A DNA stretch of 38,917 nt from IMG/VR virus record IMGVR_UViG_3300045988_014907; one strand, 5' to 3'. Below, piece after piece: positions 7,229 through 15,832 of this stretch. The notes beneath the pieces are model-generated. The model was not told where the DNA came from, searched no databases, and saw nothing but the letters and a program-made list of their open reading frames with translations. The stretch's first letter is position 1; the number at the start of each line of letters is the position of its first letter. Made by a program: the position numbers and the translations under genes. The DNA is from a virus.

Positions 7229-8861
7229 CCTCGGCCACAAGCTGACCGACAAGGAGCTTGCAAAGCTGGAACGGCGGATTGCAAAACTATACCGCGAGGC
7301 GGGGGAAGAACTGCAAGCTACCATCGACGCATATTTCGAGCAATTCAAAAAGCGCGACGAGGAAATGAAGGCTCTGATCGGCACCGTGCAGAACGGTAAG
7401 GAATGGACGGAGGCCGACTATAAGCAATGGCGGCTGAATCAGATCGGACGCGGGGAACGCTACCAGGCCATGCGCGACAAGGTGGCGCGCCGCGCGACCG
7501 ATGCAAACGCCGTGGCGGTTTCCTATACCAACGATGCAACGCCGGGTATTTACAGCCTGAACCGCAATTATGCGGCTTACACCATCGAGCAGGTCGCTGG
7601 GAATATCGGATTTGATCTGTGGGACGAGCAAACGGTAAAGCGGCTTATGGTAGATCAGCCGGACTTAATGCCGTATTACCCGCCGAAACGCGCCTTAAAG
7701 CGTGGTATCGACCTCGCATATGGTAAGAAGCAGATCACGGCAAGCGTGACAAGCTCTATCTTGCAGGGCAAGAGCATCAAGCACATGGCGGACGACCTGC
7801 AAAAGCGCATTACCACCATGAGCCGCGATTCCGCCATCCGCACGGCCAGAACTGCCGTCACCGGAGCGCAGAACGCCGGACGCATGGACAGCTACGCGGC
7901 GGCGGAGAAGATGGGAATAAAGCTCAAAAAAGAATGGTTGGCTACGCTGGACTCGCGTACACGCCACTCTCACGCCATGCTTGACGGCGAACAAGTGGCG
8001 CAGGACAAGAAGTTTTCAAACGGTTGTCGTTTCCCCGGCGACCCGCAAGGGCCACCGTGGGAGATATATAACTGCCGCTGTACGCTGATTGCCGCCGTGG
8101 ATGGCGTAGACACCCCATCGGCGCAGAGACGCGCCAGAAACCCCGCTACGGGGCAAACAGAGGTTATTTCGAATATGACCTATGCGGAATGGGCGGGATG
8201 GAAAAAGAGTGTTAGTACAAATGTTTTGACAATAGCAATAGAAAAAATACGAAGTGCCGATAGCGTTTCTGCCGTTTCCAATATTATGCAGGAAAGAACT
8301 AAAAAGACAGTTAATTTGTCAGGAATGGATTTAGACCTTGCAAAAGAAAATATGGAGCAGATTTTACGGTTGGGGGATGAATACGGGTATCATTTTAGCG
8401 AGATTGTAACAACTTCCGGACGCGCGGCACTTGGAGAAGTAAAGCGCTCTGGTGCAAGGGCTGAAAGAGTATCACTGCAATACCCTAAGAAATATTACAA
8501 AGACCAAAACAGCCTGTTTACCGAGCTGCGTAAATCTTCAACGGCTGGCGAAAGCCCGCGATTGGGGCGCCGGCAAATCGGGGTATATACAACAACGCAC
8601 GAGTTTGCGCATACCCTGTCCGAAGAATTAACCAGCCGTTTGTATGGATACGGCGAAGAACTCGCGTTTTGGGACGAAATCGAAGAGGTTTATAAGGTCG
8701 CAAAAAATGACCGACCGGACGAATTGGGAAAGTATGCCTTTTCCAATCAAAATGAGTTTCTCGCGGAATGTTTTGCCTATGCAAAATTGGGGGCAACGCC
8801 GAATCAATACGCCGATGAGGTTTTGAAAATCGTTGACAAGTATTTCAGGAGAAAGAAATGA
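7215..8861 (+). CDS. MuF/SPP1 gp7-like minor head protein fused to a C-terminal HExxH (anthrax lethal factor-like) metallopeptidase-type domain
   Basis: The MuF core ends with DSRTRHSHAMLDGE...WEIYNCRCTL. The C-terminal ~220 aa contain HEFAH (8598-8612) and NEFLAECFA (8751-8777). Confidence 0.8.
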   Translation: MANSDLGHKLTDKELAKLERRIAKLYREAGEELQATIDAYFEQFKKRDEEMKALIGTVQNGKEWTEADYKQWRLNQIGRGERYQAMRDKVARRATDANAVAVSYTNDATPGIYSLNRNYAAYTIEQVAGNIGFDLWDEQTVKRLMVDQPDLMPYYPPKRALKRGIDLAYGKKQITASVTSSILQGKSIKHMADDLQKRITTMSRDSAIRTARTAVTGAQNAGRMDSYAAAEKMGIKLKKEWLATLDSRTRHSHAMLDGEQVAQDKKFSNGCRFPGDPQGPPWEIYNCRCTLIAAVDGVDTPSAQRRARNPATGQTEVISNMTYAEWAGWKKSVSTNVLTIAIEKIRSADSVSAVSNIMQERTKKTVNLSGMDLDLAKENMEQILRLGDEYGYHFSEIVTTSGRAALGEVKRSGARAERVSLQYPKKYYKDQNSLFTELRKSSTAGESPRLGRRQIGVYTTTHEFAHTLSEELTSRLYGYGEELAFWDEIEEVYKVAKNDRPDELGKYAFSNQNEFLAECFAYAKLGATPNQYADEVLKIVDKYFRRKK

Positions 8862-9262
8862 GCGTTGAAATCCAAGACCACAGTGCGGAGGTTTCTGCTG
8901 AGATCAAGGCGGCGCTGCTTCGCGGGCTTGAAAAGTGCGGGCTGGTAGCAGAGGGATATGCGAAAAAGCTGTGCCCCGTTGACACCGGCAATCTGCGCAA
9001 CAGCATCACCCATGTGGTATACGAGCAGGAACCAGCGGCAATCATCGGCACGAATAATTCCTACGCCGCTTACGTTGAACTTGGCACCGGCATTTACGCC
9101 GAAGGCGGCGGCGGACGGCCTACGCCGTGGGTATACCAGGACGCGAAGGGCAATTGGCATTACACGCGCGGCAACAAGGCACAGCCGTTTTTGAAACCCG
9201 CTGCCGCCGACCATGCGAACCAATACCGCGAGATATTGGAGGATGAGCTGAAAAATGGATAA
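8858..9262 (+). CDS. HK97 gp10-family phage protein
   Basis: Carries the hallmark CPVDTGNLRNSI motif. ATGA overlap with the MuF gene. Confidence 0.7.
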   Translation: MSVEIQDHSAEVSAEIKAALLRGLEKCGLVAEGYAKKLCPVDTGNLRNSITHVVYEQEPAAIIGTNNSYAAYVELGTGIYAEGGGGRPTPWVYQDAKGNWHYTRGNKAQPFLKPAAADHANQYREILEDELKNG

Positions 9263-9357
9263 GGACTTTATCAAGGAGGTAAAACCCGCGAGGTACAGCG
9301 GTTTTATACAATCTATCGCCGCGACGGACTGCGGACAAGGGAAAGGAAGATAGAACA

Positions 9358-9963
9358 ATGGCACTTACACGCAACCTTTTGAAGGGCATGGGTCTCACCG
9401 ACGAACAGGTGGATACCATCATCGAGGCACATACCGACACCGTGGACGGCTTGAAAGCTGATGTCAGCAAGTATAAGGCGGACGCAGAGAAGCTGCCCGG
9501 CGTCCAGAAGGAGTTGGACGACCTCAAGGAGGCAGGTGACGGCGGTTATAAGGAGAAGTACGAGAAGGAACACTCGGCCTTTGAAGCCTTTAAGACCGAC
9601 ATCACGGCAAAGGAAAGCAAGGCGGCAAAGGAAAAGGCCGTGCGGGCTTACTTTGAGAGCAAAAACATCACCGGCGCGAATCTCGACCTTGCGATGCGTG
9701 GCTGCGGCGAGGAAATGGCCGAATTGGAGCTGGACGGCGAGAAGATCAAGGACACCAAGGCCCTTGATGCGCTCGTAGACGGCACCTACAAGGGGCTTGT
9801 CTCCACCACGCAGACAAAGGGCGCGAATCCAGCCACTCCCCCGGCGAATACCGGCGGCGGCGCAATGACTAAAGATCAGATCATGGAGATCAAGGACAGG
9901 GCGGAGCGCCGCGCGGCAATTGCTGCAAACATCAATCTTTTTGAAAACAAGAACGGAGGCTAA
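9358..9963 (+). CDS. Head scaffolding protein
   Basis: Charged helical 201-aa protein directly upstream of the capsid gene. Its N-terminus LLKGMGLTDEQVDTIIEAH is typical of GP20-like scaffolds. Confidence 0.7.
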   Translation: MALTRNLLKGMGLTDEQVDTIIEAHTDTVDGLKADVSKYKADAEKLPGVQKELDDLKEAGDGGYKEKYEKEHSAFEAFKTDITAKESKAAKEKAVRAYFESKNITGANLDLAMRGCGEEMAELELDGEKIKDTKALDALVDGTYKGLVSTTQTKGANPATPPANTGGGAMTKDQIMEIKDRAERRAAIAANINLFENKNGG

Positions 9964-9965
9964 TT

Positions 9966-11105
9966 ATGGCTGCTGAAACCAATCTGATCAAGAAAAATGA
10001 TCTCGCCCGCGTGCGCGAGATCGAATTTACCGAAATGTTCGGGTACTCCATCAAGAAACTGATGGAGGCGCTCGGCGTTACCCGCAAGATTGCCAAGCAG
10101 GCGGGCACTGTGCTCAAGAGCTACAAGGCGACCGGCACGCTTGAGAGCGGCGTTGTGGCCGAGGGCGACACCATCCCCCTCTCCCACTACAAGACCGAGG
10201 CCGTGAACTACAAGGAGATCACGCTCAAGAAGTGGCGCAAGGCCACCTCCGCCGAGGCGATCACCGACCGCGGCTACGATCAGGCGGTGGAGATGACCAC
10301 CGACGAAATGCTCAAGGACGTGCAGAAGGGCATCCGCAAGAGCTTCTTTGACTTCCTATCGACCGGCACCGGCGCGGTGAGCGGTAAGAACTTCCAGACT
10401 GTTCTTGCGCAGGCGTGGGGCAATCTGCAGGTCCTTTTCGAGGATGACGAGATCGGCGCGGTCTACTTTATGAATCCGCTGGACGTTGCGGATTACCTGT
10501 CTACGGCCAACATCACCGTGCAGACCGCATTCGGCATGAGCTACGTCGAGAACTTCCTCGGCCTCGGCACGCTCATCATGAACGCCAGCGTCCCCAAGGG
10601 AAAGATCTACGCTACGGCGAAGGACAACATCGTTCTCTACTACATCCCCGTCAACGGCGCGGATCTGCAGGAGGTCTTCACCTTTACCACCGACGCGACC
10701 GGCTACATCGGCATCCACGAGGAGCCCGATTACACCAACATGACCGCATCGGACACTGTCATCAATGGCATGGAGCTGTTTGCCGAGCGCATTGATGGCG
10801 TTGTCGTCGGTACCATCGACAACGGCACGCTCGGCTCGCTGACGGTCACCTCTGCTGCTGGCTCCAAGAGCGGCGACACCAAGCTGACCGTGTCTCCGGC
10901 AAAGGCCGCTGCGGGCAACAAGTATAAGTACACGTCCGGCTCTTCTGCCGCGACCGTCGCTTACGGCAACAACGTTGCCGGTTGGAAGGATTGGGACGGC
11001 AAGAGCGACCTGACCATTGCAAGCGGCCAGACTGTGACTGTGGTCGAGTGCGACGGCAACTACCACGCGCTCAAGAGCGGCAACGCGAGCGTGACCGCAG
11101 AGTGA
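9966..11105 (+). CDS. Major capsid protein with a C-terminal Ig-like domain
   Basis: 379 aa, positioned after the scaffold gene. The C-terminal ~90 aa (LTVTSAAGSKSGDTKLTVSP...TVTVVECDG) look like a Big_2-type Ig fold. Confidence 0.8.
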   Translation: MAAETNLIKKNDLARVREIEFTEMFGYSIKKLMEALGVTRKIAKQAGTVLKSYKATGTLESGVVAEGDTIPLSHYKTEAVNYKEITLKKWRKATSAEAITDRGYDQAVEMTTDEMLKDVQKGIRKSFFDFLSTGTGAVSGKNFQTVLAQAWGNLQVLFEDDEIGAVYFMNPLDVADYLSTANITVQTAFGMSYVENFLGLGTLIMNASVPKGKIYATAKDNIVLYYIPVNGADLQEVFTFTTDATGYIGIHEEPDYTNMTASDTVINGMELFAERIDGVVVGTIDNGTLGSLTVTSAAGSKSGDTKLTVSPAKAAAGNKYKYTSGSSAATVAYGNNVAGWKDWDGKSDLTIASGQTVTVVECDGNYHALKSGNASVTAE

Positions 11106-11121
11106 TAAGGAGGGCGGCGTA

Positions 11122-11553
11122 ATGCTTGAACAGGTCTTACGGCACTTGAACAACTGGTTTCTCGTGGAAATCCACGAGGGAACGTTCGCCGTGGAGAATG
11201 GCAGCATTGCGCTGCCCTTTCTCCTGACCAATCAATATTTCCGCATCGTCGGCTCCGTGTTTAACGACGGGCTGCACCGATATCCGGCGACCGATCTGAC
11301 GGACGAAACCTTTGCTGGGACGGTATGGGCGCTCGCTGTGCCAAAGGCGGTTGTGACGCTTTCCGAGGATATCGCCGCGTGGGAGGAAAAAAACGGTGAA
11401 GCCGTTGCAAGCCCGTATCAAAGCGAGAGCTTCGGGGGCTACTCTTACACCAAACGCAGCGCGGGAAGCGACAGCGGCACGTTAAACGGCTGGCAGGATG
11501 CGTTCCGTGGGTGTTTGAACGACTGGCGGAAGCTTAAGGGGGTGGAACCGTGA
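11122..11553 (+). CDS. Head-tail joining region protein (hypothetical structural)
   Basis: Call rests on position between capsid and head-closure genes, plus a good SD (AGGAGGG). Confidence 0.5.
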   Translation: MLEQVLRHLNNWFLVEIHEGTFAVENGSIALPFLLTNQYFRIVGSVFNDGLHRYPATDLTDETFAGTVWALAVPKAVVTLSEDIAAWEEKNGEAVASPYQSESFGGYSYTKRSAGSDSGTLNGWQDAFRGCLNDWRKLKGVEP

Positions 11554-11909
11554 GTTTACTGGACGATTTTGCCCACAAGTGCATTCTGATGGAGAAAAAG
11601 CGCACGCCTGACGGCGCAGGCGGCTACATCACCGTATGGGAAGAGGGCGCGGAGTTCCTCAATTACCAGTCGCTTGACACCTCGATGGAGGCACGAAAAG
11701 CGGAAAAGGACGGAGTTACGTCGGTATATTCCGCGCTGGTCAATCAGAGTGTGCCCATCGAGTACAACGACTATTTTCGTGATACGGAAACGGGGATTAC
11801 CTATCGCGTGACCTCTAATCCCGAAGAAAAAGCCGCGCCGAGGTCTGCGGGCGCAATCATCAAGGCGCTGAAATTCTTCACTGCGGAGCGAAAGGAGCTG
11901 CCGAAATGA
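11550..11909 (+). CDS. Head closure / head-tail adaptor-like protein
   Basis: GTG start overlapping the upstream stop. Size and pattern resemble the SPP1 gp16 / Phage_H_T_join family. Confidence 0.5.
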   Translation: MSLLDDFAHKCILMEKKRTPDGAGGYITVWEEGAEFLNYQSLDTSMEARKAEKDGVTSVYSALVNQSVPIEYNDYFRDTETGITYRVTSNPEEKAAPRSAGAIIKALKFFTAERKELPK

Positions 11910-12274
11910 CAAAGGACAAGGCTCTCCATGCGTGGTTTTCTCAATTCCTCCCGGCGTATCCGACCTCTAACGTGCCGGAGGACGCGGTTTTCCCGTGGCT
12001 GACCTATGAGCTGATCACGGGATCATGGGAGAGCGGCGAAATTGCGCTGACGGTCAATCTCTGGTATTACACCGAGGGCGAGGCGGTGCCTAATGCAAAA
12101 GCGCAGGAAATCGCCGACGCTATCGGATATGGGGGTACGTTTGTCTTTTACGACGGCGGCGCGATGTGGATCAAGCGCGGCTCCCCGTGGTGCCAGAACA
12201 TCGCGGACGAGAGCGATAAGAACATCAAGCGGAGGTATCTCAACATCACGGTTGAGTTTCTGTCGCAGAACTGA
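11906..12274 (+). CDS. Tail completion/terminator-like structural protein
   Basis: Call rests on position between the head-closure and major tail genes, and an ATGA overlap. Confidence 0.45.
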   Translation: MTKDKALHAWFSQFLPAYPTSNVPEDAVFPWLTYELITGSWESGEIALTVNLWYYTEGEAVPNAKAQEIADAIGYGGTFVFYDGGAMWIKRGSPWCQNIADESDKNIKRRYLNITVEFLSQN

Positions 12275-12289
12275 TGAAAGGACGACGAT

Positions 12290-12877
12290 ATGAAATTTAC
12301 AAAAATCCCTTCTGATGCGTTTCAGAAGCTTCAGATCAATGCGGGCATTCTGACGACCGACTTCACGCCTGCCTCCGGGGAAATCGGAGTGGAGGGGCAG
12401 ATCGGCGCGACGACCGGCGGCGTGACCTTTACGGCGACGCCGACCTTCTCCGACTTCGGCGAGGATATCGACAATTGCCCGAAGAACATGAAGGAGCTGA
12501 AAAAGATCGATTCGTGGGAAGCCAAGATGACCGGCACGCTTGTCAATGCCGATACCGCCATTGCAAAGCGGCTGTGCGGCGCGGCGGACATCGGGATGAC
12601 CGACACGACCAAGGTCACACCGCGCAACGACCTCAAGGACGCAGACTTTGACGATATCTGGCTTGTGGGCGATTACTCTGACAAGAACGGCGCGAAAAAC
12701 GGCGGCTTTATTGCTATCCATATGCTCAACGCACTTTCCACGGGCGGCTTTCAGCTCAAGACGGCGGACAATGCCAAGGGACAGTTTGCGTTTGAGTTTA
12801 CCGGACACTATTCCATGAGCGCACAGGACACCGTTCCTTTTGAAATCTACATCAAGGCCGGCACGGCGGAGGCGTAA
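12290..12877 (+). CDS. Major tail protein
   Basis: 195 aa, directly upstream of the chaperone/tape-measure pair. Confidence 0.7.
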   Translation: MKFTKIPSDAFQKLQINAGILTTDFTPASGEIGVEGQIGATTGGVTFTATPTFSDFGEDIDNCPKNMKELKKIDSWEAKMTGTLVNADTAIAKRLCGAADIGMTDTTKVTPRNDLKDADFDDIWLVGDYSDKNGAKNGGFIAIHMLNALSTGGFQLKTADNAKGQFAFEFTGHYSMSAQDTVPFEIYIKAGTAEA

Positions 12878-13273
12878 ATGAAAATTTCCGACATTCAGGG
12901 CGAGCGGGTGTTTGACGTTATCGCGGACGTCATCGACCCCATCGCCAATATTGCACAGGACGAAAAAGCTTCGGCCATGTTTCGGCGTGAACCGATACCG
13001 AAGGGCATGACGGCAAAGCAGTTTGCTACGCAGAGAGCGCGAAAAGCGCTCCCAGCGCTGCTCAAGGGCCACAAAGGCGATATTATTGCCATTCTTGCGG
13101 CTATTGAGGGCGTGAGCGCGGACGATTACAGGGGCGCACTGAACCTTGTGAAGCTGACGCGGGACGCGGTGGAGCTGTTGACGGACGAAGCATTCGTCAC
13201 GCTTTTTATCTCGGCGCAGAGCGAGAAATCCTCTGGCTCTGCGCAGGAGAATACCGAGGACAAAAGCGAATAA
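12878..13273 (+). CDS. Tail assembly chaperone (gpG-like)
   Basis: Acidic 131-aa protein between the major tail and tape measure genes. Confidence 0.75.
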   Translation: MKISDIQGERVFDVIADVIDPIANIAQDEKASAMFRREPIPKGMTAKQFATQRARKALPALLKGHKGDIIAILAAIEGVSADDYRGALNLVKLTRDAVELLTDEAFVTLFISAQSEKSSGSAQENTEDKSE

Positions 13274-13512
13274 AACCGTTCCTGCGATACTGCACGGCAC
13301 GGCTCAATGAAAAAGCAAGAAACGACGCATACCGCATCTATGTAACGGACGCGCTGCGCATTGTGGCAGAAAACACGGCGCGATACGCGGGCGGGAACTA
13401 CATCAAGGCGCGATACGCTGATATGATTGAGCCAAAAAAGCAAGACAACAGAACGTGCGAAGAGATTACCGCCGATGTGGTCGCGCGGTGCGGATTGGTG
13501 GTGAAAAAATGA
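12878..13512 (+). CDS. Tail assembly chaperone, -1 frameshift fusion product (gpGT-like). The shift is predicted near the T5 run at 13203-13207.
   Basis: The -1 frame is open from before 13204 to TGA 13510-13512 and encodes protein-like sequence (FLRYCTARLNEKARNDAYRIYVTDALRIV...). It has no start codon of its own. Confidence 0.65.
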
Positions 13513-15143
13513 ACCTGCTTGATCTTTTTGTAAAAATCACTGTTGATAACAGCGACGTAGACAGGGGGTTGGGAGAAACAAGTAGCAGAGCAGAAACGCT
13601 CGCAAATAAGCTTAAAGGCGGTCTTGCGACTGCCGCCAAAGTTGGCGCGGCGGCTGTTGCTGTAGGAGGCGCGGCTATTGTAGCTGTTAGCAAACAGGCG
13701 ATGGCAGCGTATGCAGACTATGAACAGCTTGCGGGCGGCGCAGAGCTGATGTTTGGCGAAGCCTATGATTTTATCGCAGAGAAGGCAAAGAACGCATACA
13801 GTACCGTGCAAATGAGCCAGAACGACTATTTGCAGCAGGTGAACGGCTTTGCTACTGGACTGAAAACGGCACTTGGCGGTAATGAACAGGCGGCGGCAGA
13901 GCTTGCCGACAGGATCATCAACGCGGAAGCGGACGTTGTAGCAGCAACCGGCAATTCGCAGGAAGCCGTGCAGAATGCCTTCAACGGCATCATGAAATCC
14001 AACTATACCATGCTGGACAACCTGCAAATCGGTATCACGCCTACGAAAGAGGGATTTCAGGAAGTTATTGACAAGGTAAACGAGTGGAACACGGCAAATG
14101 GACGTGCCACAGCATACCAGATTGAAAACTTTGCGGATTGCCAAAACGCTCTTGTCGATTACATCGAAATGGTCGGAATGCAGGGGTACGCGGCAAACGA
14201 AGCGGCAAGTACGATCCAAGGTTCTGTTGCGTCCATGAAGGGCGCGTGGAGCAACCTGCTTGTCGGCATCGCTGACGAAAACGCAGATTTCGAGACGCTG
14301 ACAAGCAATTTCGTTGATAGCCTTGTTGCTGTTGGAGCGAACATAATTCCGCGTGTAAATGTAATTATTCAGGGGCTTACACAACTTATCACGCAGGCAT
14401 CGCAAACGATTATCCCGTTGGTTGTGCAGAAACTGCTTGAAAACCTGCCCAGCATCATTGCTGCCGGTATGGATTTAATCATGGCACTTGTGAATGGAGT
14501 TCTTGACAACATCGATCTGCTTGTTGACTGTGTTCTCGAGCTTATTGACGTTATCGTGGATAAGCTGATTGAGAACCTGCCGAAGTTGATAGATGGTGGA
14601 ATCAAACTTACTGTCGCGCTTGCAAACGGCCTGATTAAAGCAGTACCCGATCTGTTTTCCAAAATCCCGCAGATTATCTATGCCGTTGTGAACGGCCTTG
14701 TGAGCGGTATTCCTGACATTATGGAAGTTGGCAAGAATATGGTTCGCGGAGTATGGGAAGGCATCACAAGCATGGGTGACTGGCTGTGGAGCTGCGTTAA
14801 AGGTTTCTTCGGCGGCATTGTTGATGGCGTGAAGAACTTCCTTGGTATTGCATCCCCGTCTAAAGTCTTTGCTGGAATCGGTGGTTTTATGGCGGAGGGA
14901 CTTGGGGATGGATTCGGGGAAAAATTTGCATCTGTAAAAAAAGACATTGAAGGAAGCATGACGTTTGATGCCGCAGAAATAGGCCTTTCTGCGTCTACGC
15001 ACATCGGAGAATTACCAGGCACAAGCAGTGCTTGGGGAAGCGATAGAAGCATCCACCTTACCGTCGTTTCGCCAAATGGAAAGGAACTGGCGCGGTTCGT
15101 TGCACCGTATATGGGCGCACAGCTTCAGTTGGTTAGGGGGTGA
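13509..15143 (+). CDS. Tape measure protein
   Basis: 544 aa, Ala/Gly-rich and helical, with repeated LxxLIxxL segments. Positioned after the chaperone. Confidence 0.85.
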   Translation: MNLLDLFVKITVDNSDVDRGLGETSSRAETLANKLKGGLATAAKVGAAAVAVGGAAIVAVSKQAMAAYADYEQLAGGAELMFGEAYDFIAEKAKNAYSTVQMSQNDYLQQVNGFATGLKTALGGNEQAAAELADRIINAEADVVAATGNSQEAVQNAFNGIMKSNYTMLDNLQIGITPTKEGFQEVIDKVNEWNTANGRATAYQIENFADCQNALVDYIEMVGMQGYAANEAASTIQGSVASMKGAWSNLLVGIADENADFETLTSNFVDSLVAVGANIIPRVNVIIQGLTQLITQASQTIIPLVVQKLLENLPSIIAAGMDLIMALVNGVLDNIDLLVDCVLELIDVIVDKLIENLPKLIDGGIKLTVALANGLIKAVPDLFSKIPQIIYAVVNGLVSGIPDIMEVGKNMVRGVWEGITSMGDWLWSCVKGFFGGIVDGVKNFLGIASPSKVFAGIGGFMAEGLGDGFGEKFASVKKDIEGSMTFDAAEIGLSASTHIGELPGTSSAWGSDRSIHLTVVSPNGKELARFVAPYMGAQLQLVRG

Positions 15144-15147
15144 CAAG

Positions 15148-15819
15148 ATGATGAAATGGTATATCAACGGGCATGAAATGTCATCCAATGGTGTTTACAT
15201 CGCCACCGGCTACACCGTCACGTCTGCGCCCATTAGCCGGTCTGTCTATTCTGGCGGCTGTGCGTCATACGTTGCCACAAAAGCCAGGATCGGCCTGAAA
15301 ACGCTGAGGCTGCCTGTCAGGATCGTCCGAGACACAACGGACAAAGCTGACAGCCTCCGGTCATGGGTGCTGTCCTTGTGTTTTGGAAGTGAAGTTGATA
15401 TAGCGCTTCCGAACGGAAAGCGCTATGTCGCCGCACTGACAAGCACGGGCGAGGTTGAGAAGTTCGCGGAAGGTGTGATTGACTTCACGCTTGAGTTCGC
15501 GGGATATCAGCGCGGGGAGCTTGTCACAGCGCAAACACCAGACGTGATGTGCTTTTCTACGGTGCCGGAAACGCCGTTCAAGATTACGGCCACCGTTGCT
15601 GCCGCAGGTTCCTTTTCAATGGCTGGCGTGACATTCACAAAATGCGCAGTCGGTGATGTGCTTGTCATTGACGGGCTAAATGGAAAGCTGACAAAGAACG
15701 AATCAGCCGTGCTTATTGCCGACACAGACTTTGTTAGCTTCCCTGTTCTTTCTCCGGGACATAATACGGTGAACTGCACCGCAAATGCAATGGTTGAATA
15801 CTATCCGGTTTTCATGTAA
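15148..15819 (+). CDS. Distal tail protein (Dit-like)
   Basis: Call rests on position between the tape measure and Tal genes. 223 aa. Confidence 0.6.
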   Translation: MMKWYINGHEMSSNGVYIATGYTVTSAPISRSVYSGGCASYVATKARIGLKTLRLPVRIVRDTTDKADSLRSWVLSLCFGSEVDIALPNGKRYVAALTSTGEVEKFAEGVIDFTLEFAGYQRGELVTAQTPDVMCFSTVPETPFKITATVAAAGSFSMAGVTFTKCAVGDVLVIDGLNGKLTKNESAVLIADTDFVSFPVLSPGHNTVNCTANAMVEYYPVFM

Positions 15820-15832
15820 GAGGTGAACAATA

